Positions 16,939 through 23,279 of a stretch of 23,279 nucleotides of DNA are shown here, in pieces. This stretch comes from Candidatus Firestoneibacteriota bacterium (GTDB lineage: Bacteria > Oederibacteriota > D2-FULL-39-29 > JBDRBU01): NCBI GenBank assembly GCA_043822305.1, contig JBDRBU010000098.1, positions 1 through 23,279 on the forward strand. Direction: 5' to 3'. The notes beneath the pieces were generated by a model that saw only the letters and a program-made list of their open reading frames with translations, made no database searches and was not told the DNA's origin. A program made the position numbers and the translations under genes. Numbering within the stretch: position 1 is the stretch's first letter; the number at the start of each line of letters is the position of its first letter.

Positions 16939-17575
16939 AATTTTTGCAATAAATTTAATACTCTGTTTTAATTTATTTGCCTTAGTCTATGAAGATATTC
17001 CAAAGGGAGTAGATTTTAAGTTTTTAAATCAGGTTGATTTAATAGTAAATGGTAACGATGCAAAAGGCAAAGTATTTTATTCAAAAGATTCCTCAAAGGA
17101 AATTTTAAATTTTTATAAAGAAAGATTTAAAAAAGATGGATATAAAGAGATTCAATCAAAGATGTTTAATGATAAATATGGAATGGCTTCTTTTGAGAAA
17201 GGAATTTTAAAAAATACTATTCAAGTTTTACCTCAAAAGGAAGGAAATATTGTTTTAAGGTATGAAATAGAAGAAAAAGTAAAAAATAAAGAAAAAGAAT
17301 TAAAAGATGTTCCAAAACCCATTGGTGGAATAACAGAATTATGTATTGAAAGAGTGTCTGGAGAAGAAAAGTCCATAACATTATTTTATAAGATTAAAGA
17401 TTCAAAATATGGTTTAGAAAATTTTTATATTAATGGAATGCGAAAATTTGGATGGGCGTTTTTACCAAATAAAGAAAAAGAAGAAGATATTTCTTTGGTT
17501 TTTACTAAATTAAATAATTGGTGTTTAATTAATATAACAAATGGATATGTAGTTGTAATGTATTATTATAGCTAG
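16919..17575 (+). CDS. Hypothetical secreted protein with two internal FY-x(6)-G[YW] repeats
   Basis: TTG start with SD AAGGAG; signal peptide ending LFA; NFYKERFKKDGY and NFYINGMRKFGW. Confidence 0.7.
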   Translation: MRFLNLKIFAINLILCFNLFALVYEDIPKGVDFKFLNQVDLIVNGNDAKGKVFYSKDSSKEILNFYKERFKKDGYKEIQSKMFNDKYGMASFEKGILKNTIQVLPQKEGNIVLRYEIEEKVKNKEKELKDVPKPIGGITELCIERVSGEEKSITLFYKIKDSKYGLENFYINGMRKFGWAFLPNKEKEEDISLVFTKLNNWCLINITNGYVVVMYYYS

Positions 17576-17599
17576 GAATTTCCAAAGGAGGGTAGATGT

Positions 17600-18655
17600 A
17601 TGAGAAAAATGTTGTGTGTAATAGTTTGTTTGTTTTGGGTCAGTATAGGTTTTAGTGCCGTTCCGCAGTTGATAAACTATTCGGGTAAATTAACCGACAA
17701 GAATGGTAACCCAATAACTGGAACGAAAACTATAGTGTTTTCTATGTATGATACAGAAGCATCTGTTCAGACAAGGTGGACAGGAACATATCCTGTTACT
17801 GTAACAAAGGGTGTATTTAATGTTTTACTTGGCTCTGGTACTTATCCATTTCAATCAGATTTAGATTTTAGTATTAATTACTGGCTAGAAATGAAAGTAG
17901 AAAGTGAAACACTTTCCCCAAGACAAAGAATTACAAGTGTAGCATATGCCATGAGGTCAGAATATTCAAACAGAGCAGAAGTTGTAAACACACCAATGGT
18001 TTATATGGGTTGTGGAGATATTGATAGCAATGTTTCAGAAAAATGTTATATCCATTTAGAAAAAGTTCCCAAGACAATAAAAATGTATTTATGGGGAGAA
18101 AAGTTTAACACACAGTATTATACGGAACTTGGTGCGCATGTTCATACTGGAGATGGAACTACAAGTGGACAAAATCAGAATCATGTTCATGTACATACAC
18201 ATAATATTATACTTTCACCGGTATATGGGGCCACTTCGATTCATGGTGATACAAATACTGGAGGATCAACAGGAGGTTTAATAACTACTGAATCTTCTTC
18301 CGTTGCTAATGTAGATCATACCCATTCTTTCTATTTTACTATAGGTTCTACTGGAGTAAATGCAGGTTCAGTTTCTACTGTTCAAAAAACATATCTAAAT
18401 GATATGAAAGTGTATCTTGATGGAGAGAATCTTTCTAATGAAATTACTTCCACTTTGTTATCCTTATCAGGATTGTCAAAATTAGGTATGGGAACTGGGA
18501 CACCAGAAGATATTTTAAATACAAATGGAACGGGTTCTATGAATATTACAAGTTTACAAGGTTTGGCTACGACAGGTCAACATTATTTTGTTTTTAAGCA
18601 GTCGGGTACAAATACTGGTGGAAGAATAAGATATAATATTTATGTCTACTATTAA
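17600..18655 (+). CDS. Secreted fibre/adhesin-like protein with tail-fibre-type HxH motifs
   Basis: Signal peptide ending FSA; N-domain PQLINYSGKLTD...GVFNVLLG...PRQRITSVAYA; Gly/Thr/Ser-rich middle with AHVHTG, NHVHVHTH, DHTHSF. Confidence 0.65.
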   Translation: MRKMLCVIVCLFWVSIGFSAVPQLINYSGKLTDKNGNPITGTKTIVFSMYDTEASVQTRWTGTYPVTVTKGVFNVLLGSGTYPFQSDLDFSINYWLEMKVESETLSPRQRITSVAYAMRSEYSNRAEVVNTPMVYMGCGDIDSNVSEKCYIHLEKVPKTIKMYLWGEKFNTQYYTELGAHVHTGDGTTSGQNQNHVHVHTHNIILSPVYGATSIHGDTNTGGSTGGLITTESSSVANVDHTHSFYFTIGSTGVNAGSVSTVQKTYLNDMKVYLDGENLSNEITSTLLSLSGLSKLGMGTGTPEDILNTNGTGSMNITSLQGLATTGQHYFVFKQSGTNTGGRIRYNIYVYY

Positions 18656-19439
18656 AGATATAAACATCATTATTGCTGTTTATAATCAGTTGGATTATAC
18701 TATGCAATGTTTTAACTATCTTAGAAATTATACAGATTTACCTTATCAACTCATCATCATTGACAATGGCTCAACCGATGGAACTGCGGATTATCTTAAG
18801 AAAGTTGATGCTCGGGTGATTACAAATAAAGAGAATCTTGGATGTGCTTATGCCTGGAATCAGGGAATTAAAGTAAGCCAGAGTGGTTATAAAGTGATTA
18901 TGAATAACGACATTTTGGTTACACCTTATTGGTTGGGGCGACTGGTAAAATTTATGGAGAAAAGTAGATATGGTATAGTCGGTCCAGCAATAAGAGAGGG
19001 GGTATTGGATTATAACCTGATTGAATATGCCGATTCCTTTTCCAAAAGATGTAAAAAAGCAAAGAGGCATGAGGTCTTTGCTGCTTGTATGCTTATCAAA
19101 TCTGAGGTTTTTGAAAGAGTTGGTTTTTTTGACGAACAGTTTATTATAGGAACTTTTGAAGATATGGACTTTCTCTGGCGGTGTCAGGAAAAAGGAATAA
19201 AGACAGCCACTACTGGTTCTGTTCTTGTCCATCATTTTAGCCAGATTACTCAAAAATTTTTGAGGCCAAAAGGAGATTTTGAATATCATCTGGAGAATGA
19301 AAAGAAATTCATCAACAAGTGGGGGCGAAGTCCAGAAGGGAATTGGTGGCAAAGAAGGTTAAATGTTCTAAAAAGAAATGTTCAAAAAATATACGAAAAA
19401 CTTATTTATGGATATAATCTGATTGAAAGAATAAAATAA
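18642..19439 (+). CDS. Glycosyltransferase family 2
   Basis: IIIAVYN, IIDNGSTDGT, NLGCAYAWNQG, MNNDI, GFFDEQF, FEDMD. Confidence 0.92.
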   Translation: MSTIKDINIIIAVYNQLDYTMQCFNYLRNYTDLPYQLIIIDNGSTDGTADYLKKVDARVITNKENLGCAYAWNQGIKVSQSGYKVIMNNDILVTPYWLGRLVKFMEKSRYGIVGPAIREGVLDYNLIEYADSFSKRCKKAKRHEVFAACMLIKSEVFERVGFFDEQFIIGTFEDMDFLWRCQEKGIKTATTGSVLVHHFSQITQKFLRPKGDFEYHLENEKKFINKWGRSPEGNWWQRRLNVLKRNVQKIYEKLIYGYNLIERIK

Positions 19440-19492
19440 CAGTAATTTTAAAAAGTTAAAAATATACAAAAAGAGTATTGGAGAAAACTCTA

Positions 19493-21373
19493 ATGACTGA
19501 ATATTTCAGCAAGAAAAAAAATATAGTGTTGTTGCTTGTATTTTTACTAATTTTGTTTTTCTGTGGCTTATATTTGTTTGTTAAACCCGGAGTATTCAAT
19601 TTCAAATTTATTTTGTATTCTTTTGGTTTTTATGCATTATTTACATATCTTGGTTTGGGTTTAAGCATTATATTCTCTCCAAAAATTTTAAAAAAGTATT
19701 TGTTATTTTTATCGCCGGTTATAGGTTATTGTTTTTTAACTCTTGCCGGATGGTTTTTATATAATACAAAGTTTAATGGCACAAATGAGTACTATATGTA
19801 CATATTGCTATTATCATTATTGTTTTTGGTAATTGCTATCTTTGTTAAGGTTAATAAAAAGAATGAAAGTATAGAGGAATACTACAATAAAGAGTTGTTA
19901 ATCCCATCCTTTATTGCTATTTTAGTATTTTTCATTCTGTCATTTCCATCCGTCAAGGAATGTTACCTTACAAGTATAAGTTATGGTAATTGTGATATTG
20001 TAAATTATGCCAGATTTTCAAGAGGAATGCAGGAATTAAATATAAGTGCAATAAATTCAACCAATTATTTTGCTGATTTGTGGCTGCCGCAAAAAACCAT
20101 ATTTGGGTCTTATTTAAATACGGCTTTTTTTAGTTCGGTTTTTAAACTGGAACCTTTTCAGGTGCAAAATATAAGCGTTAATATGTTTTTTATTTTCTCT
20201 GTTTTCTTACTATATGTTGTGCTGAGGAAAAATTTTAAATATGATGCTTTTCCATCCTCGGTAATTACTTTACTATATGGTTTAAGTTCTATTATGTACT
20301 GTGTTGTGTACAATGGATTTGAAGCACAGATAATAGCTACCAGTTTAATGTTATTCTTTGTTTTAATTAATACAATTACTATTAGACTAAAAAAGTTTTA
20401 TGAAATGTTGTTTTTTTTACCATTCTTGGTAATGGTTAATTGGGGATTTTCCTTAACTTATCCTCATATGTTTTTTATTACCGGTTGTTTGATTGTTTTT
20501 TATTCAATCGTTTTTTCTTTATATGAAAGATCATTTAAGACATTTTTAAGATGGTTCTCTTTTTATTTGGTTAGTATAGTTATTGTTTTTTTACTTTCGC
20601 CATTTAGATTTATTACTGTTTTAGAGTATACTTTATTTACTAAAAATGTTCTATGTGGTTGGTTCATCTCCTGGATTTCAATTGACACGGCACTTGGTTT
20701 TGTGCCCGGCAAATTCAGATTATCTAGCCCTTTGGTTATTATGGTTGTCTTAACGGGTATTTTATTAATACCTGTTATTCACGGACTTGTAAATATTTTT
20801 AAAAAGAACAAGGAAATATTCATAATATCCATTTTTTTTATTGTAATAATTATTTTCGGTACTTTAGTGTTAGCAACCAAATCAGACCCCGTAGAACATG
20901 GTTTTGGCGGATATAAGCAATTTAAATTTATAACATTTTTCCTGCCATTACTTTTAGCTTCCTTGTTAATTATTTTTAAGGACAAATACAATAAAATCGC
21001 TTTTTATACAATGGTTGGTTTAATCTTTATTAATTCTCTTTGTGTCAGCAGTAACTCAATTTATATGTTTAAACATCATCTTGTTGTTAGTGAAGATATG
21101 GCAGATTTACAAAAACTCGAAAAGGATAAAAATGTCAACTCAGTTAATATTCCAGGCGGGAATGTCTGGTGGGATATAATGTGGGAGGGATATTTTTTAA
21201 TGAATAAGAAAGTATATTTTGCTCAATCAACATATTATCCTGAGGCACCTATTTTGAAAGGTGAATGGAATTTAAATAGAGGAAGTCCAGTAAGAGTTAC
21301 AGATAAAAATGATACTATATTACCAGTTAATTCCACTTATTATTTGACAAAGAAAAGCGATATTATTCGGTAA
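19493..21373 (+). CDS. Large polytopic membrane protein, possibly a GT-C-fold glycosyltransferase (start ATG 19493 or TTG 19478)
   Basis: More than 12 TM segments, an external loop with NCDIVNY, TYPH motif, soluble C-terminal domain; lies between two glycosyltransferases. Confidence 0.6.
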   Translation: MTEYFSKKKNIVLLLVFLLILFFCGLYLFVKPGVFNFKFILYSFGFYALFTYLGLGLSIIFSPKILKKYLLFLSPVIGYCFLTLAGWFLYNTKFNGTNEYYMYILLLSLLFLVIAIFVKVNKKNESIEEYYNKELLIPSFIAILVFFILSFPSVKECYLTSISYGNCDIVNYARFSRGMQELNISAINSTNYFADLWLPQKTIFGSYLNTAFFSSVFKLEPFQVQNISVNMFFIFSVFLLYVVLRKNFKYDAFPSSVITLLYGLSSIMYCVVYNGFEAQIIATSLMLFFVLINTITIRLKKFYEMLFFLPFLVMVNWGFSLTYPHMFFITGCLIVFYSIVFSLYERSFKTFLRWFSFYLVSIVIVFLLSPFRFITVLEYTLFTKNVLCGWFISWISIDTALGFVPGKFRLSSPLVIMVVLTGILLIPVIHGLVNIFKKNKEIFIISIFFIVIIIFGTLVLATKSDPVEHGFGGYKQFKFITFFLPLLLASLLIIFKDKYNKIAFYTMVGLIFINSLCVSSNSIYMFKHHLVVSEDMADLQKLEKDKNVNSVNIPGGNVWWDIMWEGYFLMNKKVYFAQSTYYPEAPILKGEWNLNRGSPVRVTDKNDTILPVNSTYYLTKKSDIIR

Positions 21374-21376
21374 TGT

Positions 21377-21490
21377 CAAAAATTTTTGAGACCCAAAGGA
21401 GATTTTGAATATCATCAGGAGAATAAAAAACTTATTTATGGACATAATCTGATTGAAAGAGTAAAATGATTGTATTTAAAAAAGTTAAAA
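21377..21490 (+). pseudogene. Degenerate copy of the 3' end and downstream flank of the GT2 gene (19251-19461) with a 96-bp in-frame deletion
   Basis: QKFLRPKGDFEYHQENKKLIYGHNLIERVK* versus QKFLRPKGDFEYHLEN[32 aa]EKLIYGYNLIERIK*; AAAAAGTTAAAAA follows both. Confidence 0.85.
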
Positions 21491-21513
21491 ATTATTTTTT
21501 AGGAGGATAATTT

Positions 21514-21618
21514 ATGTTGAAAAAAATAAAAAGTGGGTGGTTTAATAAAATTATACAATTTCTCCAAGGGCAAATTCAAGGAGGTAAGATTGAATGGAAA
21601 TTATTAAAAGTAAAATAA
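21514..21618 (+). CDS. Possible 34-aa small protein or leader peptide MLKKIKSGWFNKIIQFLQGQIQGGKIEWKLLKVK
   Basis: SD AGGAGG 21501-21506, 7 nt before the ATG; overlaps the start of the next gene. Confidence 0.4.
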   Translation: MLKKIKSGWFNKIIQFLQGQIQGGKIEWKLLKVK

Positions 21619-23111
21619 TATTTAGTTTTAAAGAAGCAAAGTTATATTTGTTAATTTTGATTTTGTTTTCTTCCGTTGTTTTTTTTGCAAATCTTTGGGA
21701 AGGAGACTTAGGATTAGATTCGTGTGCATACGCAACTATATCAAGGACTATTTTAAGGACAAATGATTGGGTTGTACCGCATTATGAATATTCAGATCAA
21801 TTAGCAGATTGTTTTTTGCACCCACCTATGTTTTATTGGATGACAGCAATCAGTTTTAAGATATTTGGTATCAATGAATTTGCAGCCCGGTTTGTTTCTG
21901 CTTTTCTGGGATTCTTAACAGTAATATTAGTATATTTTCTTACATTTATTATTTCTAGAAATCATAAAACTGCTTTTTTATCAGGATTTGTTTTAGCAAC
22001 CACTCAGCCATTTCTTGAATTAGGTAGAAAATGTCAATTAGATGTCCCTTTGGCTTTTTTCATGACTGGGGCAATACTATTTTTTGTTTTAGCCATAAAT
22101 AAAAATAAAAAGTATTATATTCTTTATGGAATATTTACAGGTCTTTCGATACTAACAAAGGGTATTCCTGCTCTTGCAGTTGTTGCAGTTTCATTTTTAT
22201 ATCTAATATTTGCAAAAAAATTCAAAGAGTTAATTAACGGGTGGTTTATTTTAGGGAATATAATTATTCTTCTTGTTATAGGCAGTTGGATTACACCTTT
22301 AATAAATGTTGGGAAATTTAATGATTTTTATATTAATTACATTTGCGGACAAATATTGGTGAATTTTACCCACGGGGAAAGACAAACCACAGGCATAATA
22401 AATAAAGTTTGTGGAATGTTCTGGTATATTAAAGAATTAAGTAGACATTATTGGCCTTGGATACCATTTTTGATTTACTCTTTATATGTGTACATAAAAA
22501 AAATGAAAGCAACCCATAATATGCTGCTGTTATTTGTTTTATGGATGGCTATAATACTTCTTGGTTTTAGTGCAGGGCAAACTAAATATTTTAGATATAT
22601 GGCTCCCATATATCCTTCTTTTGCGGTATTTATTGGATTAGTTTACGGGGAAATAATCACCAATAAAATTTTTAAAAAGGTTTTAATATTTGCTATATGC
22701 CTTGCTTTGGTATCATTAATTGCAACTTCAACTTTTCCTTTATATTTCGGAAAAATAAATTCCCCGGATAAAACAGAAATTAAAAAAATGACCCCATATA
22801 TTAGAAATCTTGTTAAAAAAGAAGATACTATATTGAATTACAGGGCAGACTATTGGGGGATATTAGCAGATTTTTCTTTTTATGTGGACAGAAGAATTAG
22901 CCGTCCGTATCAAGATGAGAATGAATTTATTAAGGATTTAGAGCAAAAGAAGGTCTTCGCTTTTATTGATAAAACAATATATAATGATATTTCAGCAAAT
23001 ATAAAAGAAAGGTGTCAAATAATCTTGCAAACCGAAAATTCCTATTTTTTAATCTCAAAAGAAAACTTTAAAACTTTGAAAGAAAATCTATATCCGATTT
23101 ATATTTATTAA
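21594..23111 (+). CDS. ArnT/PMT-like (GT83/GT39) polyprenol-sugar-dependent glycosyltransferase
   Basis: DSCAYA (D/E loop), NDWVVP, HPPMFYW, FGINEFAARF, DVPL, LTKG, RYMAPIYP; SD AGGAGGT. Confidence 0.85.
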   Translation: MEIIKSKIIFSFKEAKLYLLILILFSSVVFFANLWEGDLGLDSCAYATISRTILRTNDWVVPHYEYSDQLADCFLHPPMFYWMTAISFKIFGINEFAARFVSAFLGFLTVILVYFLTFIISRNHKTAFLSGFVLATTQPFLELGRKCQLDVPLAFFMTGAILFFVLAINKNKKYYILYGIFTGLSILTKGIPALAVVAVSFLYLIFAKKFKELINGWFILGNIIILLVIGSWITPLINVGKFNDFYINYICGQILVNFTHGERQTTGIINKVCGMFWYIKELSRHYWPWIPFLIYSLYVYIKKMKATHNMLLLFVLWMAIILLGFSAGQTKYFRYMAPIYPSFAVFIGLVYGEIITNKIFKKVLIFAICLALVSLIATSTFPLYFGKINSPDKTEIKKMTPYIRNLVKKEDTILNYRADYWGILADFSFYVDRRISRPYQDENEFIKDLEQKKVFAFIDKTIYNDISANIKERCQIILQTENSYFLISKENFKTLKENLYPIYIY

Positions 23112-23233
23112 TTTTTTAAATTTGAAGTTGTTAAAACTAGTTATAGAGGCTGTCCCAAAACTATGATTTAGAGGATAAAAAATAAATTTATTTACAGAAA
23201 AATTAAAAAGATATACAAAAATGAAATGATATA

Positions 23234-23279
23234 TGGTATAATAAAGTTTGATGAAAGGAATAAAAGGAAATTCAGGAGG
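23234..23279 (+). promoter_or_regulatory. Extended -10 element and SD of a gene beyond the right edge
   Basis: TGG-TATAAT (23234-23242) and terminal AGGAGG (23274-23279). Confidence 0.5.

Noticed and set aside
17600..18655. Prophage or tailocin
   Set aside because: No capsid, sheath, tube, baseplate, lysis or integrase genes, and the protein has a Sec signal
21594..23111. Calling this gene arnT (lipid A L-Ara4N transferase)
   Set aside because: Family motifs fit, but no arnBCADEF genes are present and the acceptor cannot be determined from sequence
1..23279. CRISPR array, rRNA, intact transposase/integrase or defence system
   Set aside because: No regularly spaced repeats or recognisable genes of these kinds were seen; the only ATPase is a short pseudogene

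Overview
AT-rich chromosomal window from what is probably a diderm, anaerobic bacterium (inferred from an outer-membrane beta-barrel, lipoproteins and NfnAB). The left half holds a CsgG/DUF2380-like + beta-barrel protein, a VWA lipoprotein, an MFS transporter, dcd, a secreted Zn-finger/HExxH DA1-like peptidase and a group III phosphofructokinase. A small patch of mobile-element debris (frameshifted AAA-ATPase pseudogene, IS3-like and IS21-like ends, an orphan secreted protein) precedes a tRNA-Ala(GGC) that has C33 in place of the near-invariant U33. A Gfo/Idh/MocA oxidoreductase, a long HEAT-repeat lipoprotein, nfnAB and a REP doublet follow. The right half (13249-23111) is one co-oriented, tightly packed run: a DUF975-like protein, galT, two Flp pilins missed by the ORF track, TadE/TadG/TadE pseudopilins, a secreted two-repeat protein, a secreted protein with phage tail-fibre-like HxH motifs, a GT2 and two polytopic GT-C-like enzymes. 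No Tad motor, secretin or prepilin peptidase lies in the window. This pilin + fibre adhesin + glycosylation cluster is the best candidate for an undescribed system. All assignments are by eye from motifs; no searches were run.
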